64,000 bases of DNA from Longimicrobiales bacterium (GCA_965204735.1 OZ242008.1:352001-416000), one strand, 5' to 3'. Counted from the first letter of the stretch, positions 44,591 through 59,500 are shown. Program-made: numbers and translations. The notes: generated from the sequence alone by a model not told the origin.

Positions 44591-47500
44591 GTGTTCCAGT
44601 CCATGACGATGAGGGCAGCAGTCCCGGGTGTTCGGGACTCGGCGTGCGGTGGCAAGGCGTGGGCCGGTGTCGTCGCCTTCGTATTGCTGGTGTTGATCGG
44701 AGCGGCGCCTTCGAGCCGAGCTGAAGCCCAGGCGCCGACGGTGGAGCGGATCGTCTTCCGGGGCTTGGCGGACGGCGACAGCACGTACTACCGGGGCGAG
44801 GCGGTGCGGGTGCGCGTGGCCTTCACGCGGCACATTGCGGTGGAGACGTCGGGCGGCGAGCCGCATGTGGAGCTGACGGTGGGCGCGGCGACTCGGCGCG
44901 CCGAGCTGGTCGCGTGGAAGCTGAACCGGATGGACTTCCGGTACGTGGTACAGGCGGGCGACCTCGACGGCGACGGCGTGAGCGTTCCGGCGAACGGGCT
45001 GAAGCTGAACGGCGCGGCGGTGACGGCGAAGGACGACGCTTCGCTTGCCGCGGACGTGACCCACGGCGTGGCGGAGGGCGGCTTGTCGCGCAAGGTGGAC
45101 GGCAGCCAGTACCGGCCGCAGGGGCCGACTTTGTCGGGGGAGGGGGCGAGCGTGGCGGAGGGGGGAGCGGGCGCGGAGACGGACCTCGGGTTCGCGGTGC
45201 GTCTGGCGCCGGCGGCGGCGTCTCGCGTGACGGTCGACTATGCGGATGCGGGGAGCGGGACGGCGACGTCGGGGGTGGACTACGCGGCGATCGAGGGCGG
45301 GACGCTGACGTTCGAGCCGGGCGACACGTTGCAGACGGCGTGGGTGAAGGTGCGGGGGGACGACGCGGTGGAGGGCGACGAGACGGTGGTGCTGTCGTTG
45401 AGCGGCGCGAGCGGCGCCGAGCTGGCGACTTCGACGGTCACGGGGACGATCGTGGACGACGACGAGGCGGCTCCGCCGGGTCCGACGGTGGAGCGGATCG
45501 TCTTCCTTGGCTTGGCGGACGGCGACAGCACGTACTACCGGGGCGAGGCGGTGCGGGTGCGCGTGGCCTTCACGCGGCACATCGCGGTGGAGACGTCGGG
45601 CGGCGAGCCGCATGTGGAGCTGACGGTGGGCGCGGCGACTCGGCGCGCCGAGCTGGTCGCGTGGAAGCTGAACCGGATGGACTTCCGGTACGTGGTACAG
45701 GCGGGCGACCTCGACGGCGACGGGGTGAGCGTCCCGGCGAACGGGCTGAAGCTGAACGGCGCGGCGGTGACGGTGAAGGACGACGCTTCGCTTGCCGCGG
45801 ACGTGACCCACGGCGTGGCGGAGGGCGGCTTGTCGCGCAAGGTGGACGGCAGCCAGTACCGGCCGCAGGGGCCGACTTTGTCGGGGGAGGGGGCGAGCGT
45901 GGCGGAGGGGGGAGCGGGCGCGGAGACGGACCTCGGGTTCGCGGTGCGTCTGGCGCCGGCGGCGGCGTCTCGCGTGACGGTCGACTATGCGGATGCGGGG
46001 AGCGGGACGGCGACGTCGGGGGTGGACTACGCGGCGATCGAGGGCGGGACGCTGACGTTCGAGCCGGGCGACACGTTGCAGACGGCGTGGGTGAAGGTGC
46101 GGGGGGACGACGCGGTGGAGGGCGACGAGACGGTGGTGCTGTCGTTGAGCGGCGCGAGCGGCGCCGAGCTGGCGACTTCGACGGTCACGGGGACGATCGT
46201 GGACGACGACGAGGCGGCTCCGCCGGGTCCGACGGTGGAGCGGATCGTCTTCCTTGGCTTGGCGGACGGCGACAGCACGTACTACCGGGGCGAGGCGGTG
46301 CGGGTGCGCGTGGCCTTCACGCGGCACATCGCGGTGGAGACGTCGGGCGGCGAGCCGCATGTGGAGCTGACGGTGGGCGCGGCGACTCGGCGCGCCGAGC
46401 TGGTCGCGTGGAAGCTGAACCGGATGGACTTCCGGTACGTGGTACAGGCGGGCGACCTCGACGGCGACGGGGTGAGCGTCCCGGCGAACGGGCTGAAGCT
46501 GAACGGCGCGGCGGTGACGGTGAAGGACGACGCTTCGCTTGCCGCGGACGTGACCCACGGCGTGGCGGAGGGGGGCGCGTCGCGCAAGGTGGACGGCAGC
46601 CAGTACCGGCCGCAGGGGCCGACTTTGTCGGGGGAGGGGGCGAGCGTGGCGGAGGGGGGAGCGGGCGCGGAGACGGACCTCGGGTTCGCGGTGCGTCTGG
46701 CGCCGGCGGCGGCGTCTCGCGTGACGGTCGACTATGCGGATGCGGGGAGCGGGACGGCGACGTCGGGGGTGGACTACGCGGCGATCGGGGGCGGGACGCT
46801 GACGTTCGAGCCGGGCGACACGTTGCAGACGGCGTGGGTGAAGGTGCGGGGGGACGACGCGGTGGAGGGCGACGAGACGGTGGTGCTGTCGTTGAGCGGC
46901 GCGAGCGGCGCCGAGCTGGCGACTTCGACGGTCACGGGGACGATCGTGGACGACGACGAGGCGGCTCCGCCGGGTCCGACGGTGGAGCGGATCGTCTTCC
47001 TTGGCTTGGCGGACGGCGACAGCACGTACTACCGGGGCGAGGCGGTGCGGGTGCGCGTGGCCTTCACGCGGCACATCGCGGTGGAGACGTCGGGCGGCGA
47101 GCCGCATGTGGAGCTGACGGTGGGCGCGGCGACTCGGCGCGCCGAGCTGGTCGCGTGGAAGCTGAACCGGATGGACTTCCGGTACGTGGTACAGGCGGGC
47201 GACCTCGACGGCGACGGGGTGAGCGTCCCGGCGAACGGGCTGAAGCTGAACGGCGCGGCGGTGACGGTGAAGGACGACGCTTCGCTTGCCGCGGACGTGA
47301 CCCACGGCGTGGCGGAGGGGGGCGCGTCGCGCAAGGTGGACGGCAGCCAGTACCGGCCGCAGGGGCCGACTTTGTCGGGGGAGGGGGCGAGCGTGGCGGA
47401 GGGGGGAGCGGGCGCGGAGACGGACCTCGGGTTCGCGGTGCGTCTGGCGCCGGCGGCGGCGTCTCGCGTGACGGTCGACTATGCGGATGCGGGGAGCGGG

Positions 47501-50500
47501 ACGGCGACGTCGGGGGTGGACTACGCGGCGATCGGGGGCGGGACGCTGACGTTCGAGCCGGGCGACACGTTGCAGACGGCGTGGGTGAAGGTGCGGGGGG
47601 ACGACGCGGTGGAGGGCGACGAGACGGTGGTGCTGTCGTTGAGCGGCGCGAGCGGCGCCGAGCTGGCGACTTCGACGGTCACGGGGACGATCGTGGACGA
47701 CGACGAGGCGGCTCCGCCGGGTCCGACGGTGGAGCGGATCGTCTTCCTTGGCTTGGCGGACGGCGACAGCACGTACTACCGGGGCGAGGCGGTGCGGGTG
47801 CGCGTGGCCTTCACGCGGCACATCGCGGTGGAGACGTCGGGCGGCGAGCCGCATGTGGAGCTGACGGTGGGCGCGGCGACTCGGCGCGCCGAGCTGGTCG
47901 CATGGAAGCTGAACCGGATGGACTTCCGGTACGTGGTACAGGCGGGCGACTTTGACGGCGACGGGGTGAGCGTTCCGGCGAACGGGCTGAAGCTGAACGG
48001 CGCGGCGGTGACGGAGAAGGACGACGCTTCGCTTGCCGCGGACGTGACCCACGGCGTGGCGGAGGGGGGCGCGTCGCGCAAGGTGGACGGCAGCCAGTAC
48101 CGGCCGCAGGGGCCGACTTTGTCGGGGGAGGGGGCGAGCGTGGCGGAGGGGGGAGCGGGCGCGGAGACGGACCTCGGGTTCGCGGTGCGTCTGGCGCCGG
48201 CGGCGGCGTCTCGCGTGACGGTCGACTATGCGGATGCGGGGAGCGGGACGGCGACGTCGGGGGTGGACTACGCGGCGATCGAGGGCGGGACGCTGACGTT
48301 CGAGCCGGGCGACACGCTGCAGACGGCGTGGGTGAAGGTGCGGGGGGACGACGAGGTGGAGGGCGACGAGACGGTGGTGCTGTCGTTGAGCGGCGCGAGC
48401 GGCGCCGAGCTGGCGACTTCGACGGTCAGAGGCACGATCGTGGACGACGACGAGGCGGCTCCGCCGGGTCCGATAGTGGAGCGGATCGTCTTCCTTGGCT
48501 TGGCGGACGGCGACAGCACGTACTACCGGGGCGAGGCGGTGCGGGTGCGCGTGGCCTTCACGCGGCACATCGCGGTGGAGACGTCGGGCGGCGAGCCGCA
48601 TGTGGAGCTGACGGTGGGCGCGGCGACTCGGCGCGCCGAGCTGGTCGCATGGAAGCTGAACCGGATGGACTTCCGGTACGTGGTACAGGCGGGCGACTTC
48701 GACGGCGACGGGGTGAGCGTTCCGGCGAACGGGCTGAAGCTGAACGGCGCGGCGGTGACGGCGAAGGACGACGCTTCGGTGGACGCGGATGTGGCCCACG
48801 GCGTGGCGGAGGGCGGCGCGTCGCGCAAGGTGGACGGCAGCCAGTACCGGCCGCAGGGGCCGACTTTGTCTGGGGAGGGGGCGAGCGTGGCGGAGGGGGG
48901 AGCGGGCGCGGAGACGGACCTCGGGTTCGCGGTGCGTCTCGCGCCGGCGGCGGCGTCTCGCGTGACGGTCGACTATGCGGATGCGGGGAGCGGGACGGCG
49001 ACGTCGGGGGTGGACTACGCGGCGATCGGGGGCGGGACGCTGACGTTCGAGCCGGGCGACACGTTGCAAACGGTGTGGGTGAAGGTGCGGGGCGACGACG
49101 CGGTGGAGGACGACGAGACGGTGGTGCTGTCGTTGAGCGGCGCGGCCGGCGCTGAGCTGGCGACTTTGACGGTCACGGGGACGATCGTGGACGACGACGG
49201 GCCCGAGCCCCGCGGTCCGACGGTGGAGCGGATCGTCTTCCGGGGCTTGGCGGCCGGCGACAGCACGTACTACCGGGGCGAGGCGGTGCGAGTGCGCGTG
49301 GCCTTCACGCGGCACATCGCGATGGAGATGTCGGGCGGCAAGCCGCATGTGGAGCTGACGGTGGGCGCGGCGACTCGGCGCGCCGAGCTGGTCGCATGGA
49401 AGCTGAACCGGATGGACTTCCGGTACGTGGTGCAGGCGGGCGACCTCGACGGCGACGGGGTGAGCGTCCCGGCGAACGGGCTGAAGCTGAACGGCGCGAC
49501 CGTTAAGGCGAGGAACGGCCCCGCGCTTGACGCGAACCCTGCCCACGGCGCGGCGGAGGGCGGCGCGTCGCGCAAGGTGGACGGCAGCGGGCACCGGCCG
49601 CTGGGGCCCACGCTCTCTGCGGGCGGGTCCAGCGTGACGGAGGGCGGTTCGAATACCGAGACGGATCTGGAGTTCGCGGTGTGGCTTGGCCCGCCGGCGG
49701 CGTCTCGTGTGACGGTGGCGTACGCGGATGCGGGGAGCGGCACGGCGACATCGGACGTGGACTACGCGGCGATCGAAGCAGATACGCTGACGTTCGAGCC
49801 GGGCGAGACGCTGAAGACGGTGAGCGTCACGGTGCGGGGCGACGACGAGGTCGAGGACGACGAGACGGTGGTGCTGTCGCTGAGCGGCGCGACGAACGCC
49901 GAGCTGGCCAGCAGGAGGGTGACGGGCACGATCGTGGACGACGACGGGTCCAGGCCGACCGTGTCGATCGACTCGGCCACGGTCCGCGAACCTGGGCCCG
50001 GAGAGGCCGTCGCCCTCTCCTTCACGGTGTCGCTCAGCGCGCCGTCGGCCAGGCAGGTGACGGTCCGGTACACGGACGCCGGCACGGGCACGGCGACGTC
50101 CGGCGGCGACTACGACGCGGTGACGCCCGGCACGGTGGTGTTCGCCGCGGGCGACACGGCCCAGACGGTGGAAGTGACGGTGAAGGGCGACGCGCTGGAC
50201 GAGCCGGTCGAGACGATCGTGCTGGCGCTGGGAAGGCCGGTCAACGCCGACCTTCCGAACGGCGGCGCAAGGGGCGTGGGCACGATCGTGGACGACGACG
50301 ACGCGCCGACCCTTTCGGGCGACTCGCCTTCGGTCGAAGAGGGCAAAGGCGAGGGCCGGCGCCTGACGTTCACGCTTGCGCTGGACCGCCCCAGCGGCCG
50401 CGGCTTGGCGCTGTACTACGCCGACGCTGGCACGGGCACGGCCACGTCGGGCGCCGACTACGAGGAAGTTGTGCCGGACACCCTCTTCTTCGAGCCGGGG

Positions 50501-53500
50501 GAGACGACGAAGTCGATTGACGTGATGGTGGTGGGGGACACGCTCCAGGAACTCGACGAGACCGTGGTTCTGCGGCTGTCTGCCGCCGATTCGTCGCTGC
50601 TGGCGGTATCCACGGCGCTGATCGCCGGCACGATCGTAGACGACGACGGCGAAGACCTGGCGCCTTCATTCGGCGACGCGGTGGTTCCGGCGCAGCGCTG
50701 GGTCCGGGCCTGCGAGATCCGGGCCGTGCAGTTGCCTGCGGCCGAGGGGGGCGACGCGCCTCTGACGTACGGGCTGGCGCCCGCGCTGCCTCTGGGACTG
50801 GCGTTCGATGCCGGACGTCGGACGATCGCCGGCACGCCCGAGCGGGAGCAGCCGGTCACCACCTACCGCTACACGGCGACGGACGCGGACGGGGACTTGG
50901 CGACGTTGAGCTTCACGGCCCAGGTCGAGTTGCTCGAATGCGGCTTGGAGGCCGACGGGCTGGATGCCGACGGGGAGCCGGAGGCAGTGGATGCGGCAAG
51001 CAGCGAAACGCCGTCGATTGGCGACGCTGGAGACTTTGACGCCGAGCGGGAAACGCTTTCGGGGGACGCAACGGCGGTCTCGATGCATCAAGACGTCGAT
51101 GCGGAGGGCGGCTTGGCAACCGGGGCGGTGGTTGGTGCCCAGTCGTCGACGCTGACGGTGCAGCGGATCGTCTTCCGCGGCTTGGCGGCAGGCGACAGCA
51201 CGTACTATCTGAACGAAGTAGTGCGGGTGCGCGTGTTCTTCACGCAGCACGTCACAGTGAACACGTCGGGTGGCAAGCCGTACCTGGACCTGACGGTGGG
51301 ATCGACGACTCGGCGGGCCGCATACAACTCTTCGCGGCAGAACTACTTGGGCTTCAGCTACCGGGTTCAGGCGGACGACTTCGACGGCGACGGCGTGAGC
51401 GTTCCGGCGAACGGGCTGAAGCTGAACGGCGCGACGGTGACGGCGAGGAACAACCCATCGGTGGTCGCGGACCCTGCGCACGGCGTGGCGGAGGGCGGCT
51501 TGTCGCGCAAGGTGGACGGCAGCCAGTTCCGGCCGCCCGGGCTGGCGGTGGAGCGGATCGACTTCCGGAGCGCGCCTGGGGGCGACAGCACGTACTACCG
51601 GGACGAGATCGTGCGGGTGCGAGTGTTCTTCACGGAGCAGATCGCGGTGGACGCGTCGGGCGGGTTGCCGTCGGTGGACCTGACGGTGGGCGCGGAGACG
51701 CGGCGTGCTGTGATGGGTTCCAGGAGCTGGAACCAGAATCGGTTGGAGCTTCGGTACGTGGTACAGGCGGGCGACTTTGACGGTGACGGTGTGAGCGTTC
51801 AGGCGAACAGCTTGTCGCTGAACGGGGCGGTGGTGACGGCGCAGGGCGACGCTTCGGTCTTGGCGGAGACGGGGCATGGGGCGGTGGAGGGAGGCGCGTC
51901 GCAGAAGGTGGACGGCAGCCAGTACCGGCCGCAGGGGCCGACGCTGTCTGCGGGCGGGACGAGTGTGGTCGAGGGGGACTCGGGCGCGGAGACGGACCTC
52001 GAGTTCGCGGTGCGGCTGGCACCGGCGGCGGCTTCTCGTGTGACGGTCGACTACGCCGATGCGGGGAGCGGGACCGCGACGTCGGGGGTGGACTACGCGG
52101 CGATCGGGAGCGGGACGCTGACGTTCGAGCCGGGCGACACGCTGAAGACGGTGAGCGTGACGGTGCGGGGCGACGACGAGGTGGAAGACGACGAGACGGT
52201 GGTGCTGTCGCTGAGCGGCGCGACTGGTGCGGAGCTGGCGACTTCGACGGTCAGGGGCACGATCGTGAACGACGACGAGGCGGCGCCGGCGCTGACGGTC
52301 CAGCGGTTCAACTTCCGGGGCTTGGGGGCTGCCGACAGCACGTACTATCTGAACGAAGTGGTGCGTGTGCGCGTGTTCTTCACGGAGCATGTGACGGTGG
52401 ACACGTCGGGCGGCGAGCCGTACCTGGACCTGACGGTGGGCTCGACGACTCGGCGGGCCGCATACAACTCCTCGCGGCAAAACTACTTGGGCTTCAGCTA
52501 CCGGGTTCAGGCGGACGACTTTGACGGCGACGGCGTGAGCGTTCCGGCGAACGGACTGAAGCTGAACGGCGCGACGGTGACGGCGAGGAACAACCCGGCG
52601 GTGGTCGCGGACCCTGCGCACGGCGTGGCGGAGGGCGGCTTGTCGCGCAAGGTGGACGGCAGCCAGCTCCGGCCGCAGGGGCCGACGCTCTCTGCGGGCG
52701 GGACGAGCGTGGTCGAGGGGGACTCGGGCGCGGAGACGGACCTCGAGTTCGCGGTGCGGCTGGTGCCGCCGGCGGCTTCTCGTGTGACGGTCGACTACGC
52801 CGATGCGGGTAGCGGGACGGCGACGTCGGGGGTGGACTACGCGGCGATCGAGGGCGGGACGCTGACGTTCGAGCCGGGCGACACGCTGAAGACTGTGTGG
52901 GTGAAGGTGCGGGGCGACGACGAGGTGGAGGGCGACGAGACGGTGGTGCTGTCGTTGAGCGGCGCGACCGGCGCGGAGCTGGCGACTTCGACGGTCAGGG
53001 GCACGATCGTGAACGACGACGAGGCGGCGCCGGCGCTGACGGTCCAGCGGTTCAACTTCCGGGGCCTGGGGGCTGCCGACAGCACGTACTATCTGAACGA
53101 AGTGGTGCGTGTGCGCGTGTTCTTCACGGAGCATGTGACGGTGGACACGTCGGGCGGCGAGCCGTACCTGGACCTGACGGTGGGCTCGACGACTCGGCGG
53201 GCCGCATACAACTCCTCGCGGCAGAACTACTTGGGCTTCAGCTACCGGGTTCAGGCGGACGACTTTGACGGCGACGGCGTGAGCGTTCCGGCGAACGGGT
53301 TGAAGCTGAACGGCGCGACGGTGACGGCGAGGAGCAACCCGGCGGTGGTCGCGGACCCTGCGCACGGCGTGGCGGAGGGCGGCTTGTCGCGCAAGGTGGA
53401 CGGCAGCCAGTTCCGGCCGCAGGGACCGACGCTCTCTGCGGGCGGGACGAGCGTGGTCGAGGGCGACTCGGGCGCGGAGACGGACCTCGAGTTCGCGGTG

Positions 53501-56500
53501 CGGCTGGCGCCGGCGGCGGCGTCTCGTGTGACGGTCGACTATGCCGATGCGGGTAGCGGGACGGCGACGTCGGGCGTGGACTACGCGGCGATCGGGAGCG
53601 GGACGCTGACGTTCGAGCCGGGCGACACGCTGAAGACTGTGTGGGTGAAGGTGCGGGGGGACGACGAGGTGGAGGGCGACGAGACGGTGGTGCTGTCGTT
53701 GAGCGGCGCGACCGGCGCGGAGCTGGCGACTTCGACGGTCAGGGGCACGATCGTGAACGACGACGAGGCGGCGCCGGCGCTGACGGTGCAGCGGTTCAAC
53801 TTCCGGGGCTTGGGGGCTGCCGACAGCACGTACTATCTGAACGAAGTGGTGCGTGTGCGGGTGTTCTTCACGGAGCATGTGACGGTGGACACGTCGGGCG
53901 GCGAGCCGTACCTGGACCTGACGGTGGGCTCGACGACTCGGCGGGCCGCATACAACTCCTCGCGGCAGAACTACTTGGGCTTCAGCTACCGGGTTCAGGC
54001 GGACGATTTCGACGGCGACGGCGTGAGCGTTCCGGCGAACGGACTGAAGCTGAACGGCGCGACGGTGACGGCGAGGAACAACCCGGCGGTGGTTGCGGAC
54101 CCTGCGCACGGCGTGGCGGAGGGCGGCTTGTCGCGCAAGGTGGACGGCAGCCAGCTCAGGCCGCAGGGGCCGACGCTCTCTGCGGGCGGGACGAGCGTGG
54201 TCGAGGGGGACTCGGGCGCGGAGACGGACCTCGAGTTCGCGGTGCGTCTTGCGCCGCCGGCTGCGTCTCGAGTGACGGTGGAGTACGCCGATGCGGGGAG
54301 CGGGACGGCGACGTCGGGGGTGGACTACGCGGCGATCGAGGGCGGCACGCTGACGTTCGAGCCGGGCGAGACGCTGAAGACGGCGTGGGTGAAGGTGCGG
54401 GGGGACGACGAGGTGGAGGGCGACGAGACGGTGGTGCTGTCGTTGAGCGGCGCGACCGGCGCGGAGCTGGCGACTTCGACGGTCAGGGGCACGATCGTGG
54501 ACGACGACGAGGCGGCGCCGGCGCTGACGGTGCAGCGGTTCAACTTCCGGGGCCTGGGAGCCAGCGACAGCACGTACTATCTGAACGAAGTGGTGCGTGT
54601 GCGCGTGTTCTTCACGGAGCATGTGACGGTGGATACGTCGGGCGGCGAGCCGTACCTGGACCTGACGGTGGGCACGACGACGCGGCGGGCCGACTACGGC
54701 TCTTCGCGGCAGAACTACCTGGACTTCCGGTACCGGGTTCAGGCGGACGACTTTGACGGCGACGGCGTGAGCGTTCCGGCGAACGGGTTGAAGCTGAACG
54801 GCGCGACGGTGACGGCGAGGAGCAACCCGGCGGTGGTCGCAGACCCTGCGCACGGCGTGGCGGAGGGCGGCTTGTCGCGCAAGGTGGACGGCAGCCAGTT
54901 CCGGCCGCAGGGGCCGACGCTCTCTGCGGGCGGGACGAGCGTAGTCGAGGGTGACTCGGGCGCGGAGACGGACCTCGAGTTCGCGGTGCGTCTTGCGCCG
55001 GCGTCGGCATCTCGTGTGACGGTGGCGTACGCAGACGCTGGGAGCGGGACGGCGGCGTCGGGCGTGGACTACGCGGCGATCGAGGGCGGCACGCTGACGT
55101 TCGAGCCGGGCGACACGCTGCAGACGGTGAGCGTGACTGTGCGGGGCGACGACGAGGTCGAGGACGACGAAACGGTGGTGCTGTCGTTGAGCGGCGCGAC
55201 CGGCGCGGAGCTGGCGACTTCGACGGTCAGGGGCACGATCGTGGACGACGACGGGCCCGAGCCCCGCGGTCCGACGGTGGAGCGGATCGTCTTCCGCGGC
55301 TTGGCGGCCGGCGACAGCACGTACTACCGAGACGAAGTAGTGAGGGTGCGCGTGCGCTTTTCGCGGCACGTCACGGTCGCCACGACGGTCGGCGAGCCGC
55401 ACCTGGACCTGACGGTGGGCGCGACCACTCGGCGGGCCGACTTCGGCTCTTCGCGGCAGAACTACCTGGACTTCCGGTACCGGGTTCAGGCGGGCGACTT
55501 CGACGGCGACGGCGTGAGCGTCCCGGCGAACGGGCTGAAGCTGAACGGCGCGACCGTTAAGGCGAGGAACGGCCCCGCGCTTGACGCGAACCCTGCCCAC
55601 GGCGCGGCGGAGGGCGGCGCGTCGCGCAAGGTGGACGGCAGCGGGCACCGGCCGCAGGGGCCCACGCTCTCTGCGGGCGGGTCCAGCGCGACGGAGGGCG
55701 GTTCGAATACCGAGACGGATCTGGAGTTCGCGGTGTGGCTTGGCCCGCCGGCGGCGTCTCGTGTGACGGTGGCGTACGCAGATGCGGGGAGCGGCACGGC
55801 GACGGCGGGCGTGGACTACGCGGCGATCGAAGCAGATACGCTGACGTTCGAGCCGGGCGAGACGCTGAAGACGGTGAGCGTGACAGTGCGGGGCGACGAC
55901 GAGGTCGAGGACGACGAGACGGTGGTTCTGTCGCTGAGCGGCGCGACGAACGCCGAGCTGGCCAGCAGGAGGGTGACGGGCACGATCGCGGACGACGACG
56001 GGTCCAGGCCGACCGTGTCGATCGACTCGGCCACGGTCCGCGAACCTGGGCCCGGAGAGGCCGTCGCCCTCTCCTTCACGGTGTCGCTCAGCGCGCCGTC
56101 GGCCAGGCAGGTGACGGTCCGGTACGCGGACGCTGGCACGGGCACGGCGACGCCCGGCGGCGACTACGACGCGGTGACGCCCGGCACGGTGGTGTTCGCC
56201 GCGGGCGACACGGCCCAGACGGTGGAAGTGACAGTGAAGGGCGACGCGCTGGACGAGCCGGTCGAGACGATCGTGCTGGCGCTGGCCGGCCCGGTCAACG
56301 CGGACCTTCCGAACGGCGGCGCAAGGGGCGTGGGCACGATCGTGGACGACGACGACGCGCCGACCCTTTCGGGCGACTCGCCTTCGGTCGAAGAGGGCAA
56401 CGGCGAGGGCCGGCGCCTGACGTTCACGCTTGCGCTGGACCGCCCCAGCGGCCGCGGCTTGGCGCTGTACTACGCCGACGCTGGCACGGGCACGGCCACG

Positions 56501-59500
56501 TCGGGCGCCGACTACGAGGAAGTTGTGCCGGACACCCTCTTCTTCGAGCCGGGGGAGACGACGAAGTCGATTGACGTGATGGTGGTGGGGGACACGCTCC
56601 AGGAAATCGACGAGACCGTGGTCCTGCGGCTGTCCGCCGCCGATTCGACGCTGCTGGCGGTGTCCAAGGCGCTGATCGCCGGCACGATCGTAGACGACGA
56701 CGGCGAAGACGTGGCGCCTTCGTTCGGCGACGCAGTGGTTCCGGCGCAGCGCTGGGTCCGGGCCTGCGAGATCCGGGCCGTGCAGCTGCCTGCGGCCGAG
56801 AGGGGCGACGCGCCTCTGACGTACGGGCTGGCGCCCGCGCTGCCTCTGGGGCTGGCGTTCGATGCCGGGCGTCGGACGATCGCCGGCACGCCCGAGCGGG
56901 AGCAGCCGGTCACCACCTACCGCTACACGGCGACGGACGCGGACGGGGACTCGGCGACGTTGAGCTTCACGGCCCAGGTCGAGTTGCTTGAATGCGGCTT
57001 GGAGGAGGCCGACGGGCTGGATGCCGACGGGGACCCGGAGGCAGTGGACGCGGCAAGCAGCGAAACGCCGTCGATTGGCGACGCTGGAAACTTTGACGCC
57101 GAGCGGGAAACGCTTTCGGAGGACGCAACGGCGGTCTCGATGCATCAAGAAGACGATGCGGACGGCGATTTGGCAACCGAGCCGGTGGTTGGCGCCCAGT
57201 CGGGGGCTCCAGCCGTGCAGCGGATCGTCTTCCGGGGCTTGGCGGCAGGCGACAGCACGTACTATCGGGACGAAGTAGTGCGGGTGCGCGTGTTCTTCAC
57301 GCAGCACGTCACGGTGAACACGTCGGGCGGCGAGCCGTACCTGGACCTGACGGTGGGCGCGACGACTCGGCGGGCCGCATACAACTCCTCGCGGCAGAAC
57401 TACCTGGGCTTCAGCTACCGGGTGCAGGCCGCCGACTTCGACGGCGACGGCGTGAGCGTTCCGGCGAACGGGCTGAAGCTGAACGGCGCAACGATCACGG
57501 CGAAGAACGACACCTCGGTGAACGCGAACATTGCCCACGACTCGGCGGCGGGCGGCGCGTCGCGGAAGGTGGACGGCAGCAAGTACCGGCCGCCGAGCGT
57601 ACGCAGCGCGACGTTCAGCAACTCGCCCGCCAGCGGCGACACCTACGGCTACGGCGAGAAGATCGAGGCCACGGTCGCCTTTGACCGCCGCGTGTTGGTG
57701 AGCACGACGGGCGGAACGCCGAGCTTGGACTTGACGATCGGCGCGCACACGCGGCAAGCCACGCTGATCAGGGCCGGCCGGCGGACGCGCTTGATCTTCT
57801 CCTACACCGTGCAAGCAGGCGACCTCGCTCCAGCAGGCGCGAGCATCGCGGCCAACGCCGTGCGCCTGAACGGCGGGACGATCACGCACGACGCCGACAG
57901 CGCCACCCACGCGATCCTCGCACACGAGGCCGTTGCGGCCGACACGACCCGCCGGGTGAGCGGCCGCCAGGGACGCCCACCCAAGGTCGAAGGGATCGCC
58001 TTCGGCGCACCGGCCCCGACGGACAGCGTCTACTACCGGGGCGACTCGATCCGGGTGCGCGTGGCGTTCGACGACTCCGTCGCGGTGGACACGACGAGCG
58101 GCAAGCCGCAGGTGGCGCTGGCGGTCGGGACGGCGACGCGACAGGCGGCGCTCTCGGCGCACGCGGGCAAGGCGCTGGACTTCGTGTACGTCGTGCAGGC
58201 GGCGGACCGGGACTCGGACGGCGTGAGCATCGCGGCCAACGCGCTGGCGCTGAACGGCGCGACGATAAGGGGAACGGGGGCAGCGGCGGCCCGCAACGCC
58301 GACGTGACGCATCCGCCAGTGGCGCCCAGCGCGGCGCGGACGGTCGACGGAAGCAAGGTGGGGGCGCCGAAGGTCAGCAGCGTGGCGTTCGCCGGCTTGC
58401 CGCCCGACGGCGACACCTACCACTACGACGACGAAGTTCGGGTCCAGGTCGTCTTTGACGGGAGGGTTGCGGTGGACACGGTCGGAGGGAAGCCGCAGCT
58501 CGCGCTGTCGATGGGGACGCGGCGACGGCAAGCGGTCTTTGCGCCTTCAGCGAGCACGGGCACGACTCTTGTGTTCGCGTACAGGGTGCAGTCGGCGGAC
58601 GTGGACAGCGACGGGGCGAGCATCGCGGCGAACGCGCTGGCGCTGAACGGCGGCTCGATCAGAGCCGAAGCGGACAGCACGACGGCGGCGCTTGCGACGC
58701 ACGATTCGCTGGCGGCCGACCCGGCGAGAAAGGTGGACGGCAGGCCCCGGATCACGAGTCTGGAGTTCTACGATCCGCCTTCGAGCGTCCCGCCGTCGGC
58801 GGGCGTGTACGGATTCGGAGAGCGGATACGGATACTGGCGCGCTTCGATCAGAAGTTGATTTTGGACCACAGGGCGTGGGTGTCGCTGGAAGTGGGGACG
58901 GACACGGTGCAGGTGCGGTCGAGCTGGAGGCTTCGGATGGGGGACCGTGCGCTTCTATTTACGTATGTGGTGGGGCGTGGGGCGATGGACTCGGACGGCG
59001 TGCGGGTGCCGAAGGGCGCGTTGAGCCTGAACGGCGGCATGCTGAAGGCGGACTCGGACGGCGTGACGCGGGCGAGGCTGGACCATGGAGGACTTCCGGC
59101 CGACAGCAGCCGCAGAGTGAACGGGAGCGTGACGCCGACTCCGCGACCCGTGGTCACGTTGACCGACGATCCGCCGGCAAGCGGCAACACGTACACGTGG
59201 AACGAGCGCATAGAGGCGTCGGTCTACTTTAACGTGGACGTGCGTGTGACGGGCAGGCCGCGGCTGACGATGAACGTGGGGACGGGTACGCGGCAGCTGG
59301 TCGCCGACGAGTACGGAGGGCGAGGGCCGCTGACGTTCGAGTACGTCGTGCAGGCGGCGGACATGGACGCAGACGGCATCAGCTTTCCGGCGAACGCATT
59401 GTCGCTGCCGAGCGGGGCGACGATCCGGTCGGCGGCCGACACGAGCATCCATGCAGCCCTGTCGCATGATTCGGTGCCGGCCGATCCGCAACGAAAGGTG

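Noticed and set aside
49645..49660. GGTTCGAAT as a tRNA T-loop
   Set aside because: It lies inside the coding repeat (GGSNT) with no cloverleaf context; no tRNA or rRNA was recognised anywhere in the window.
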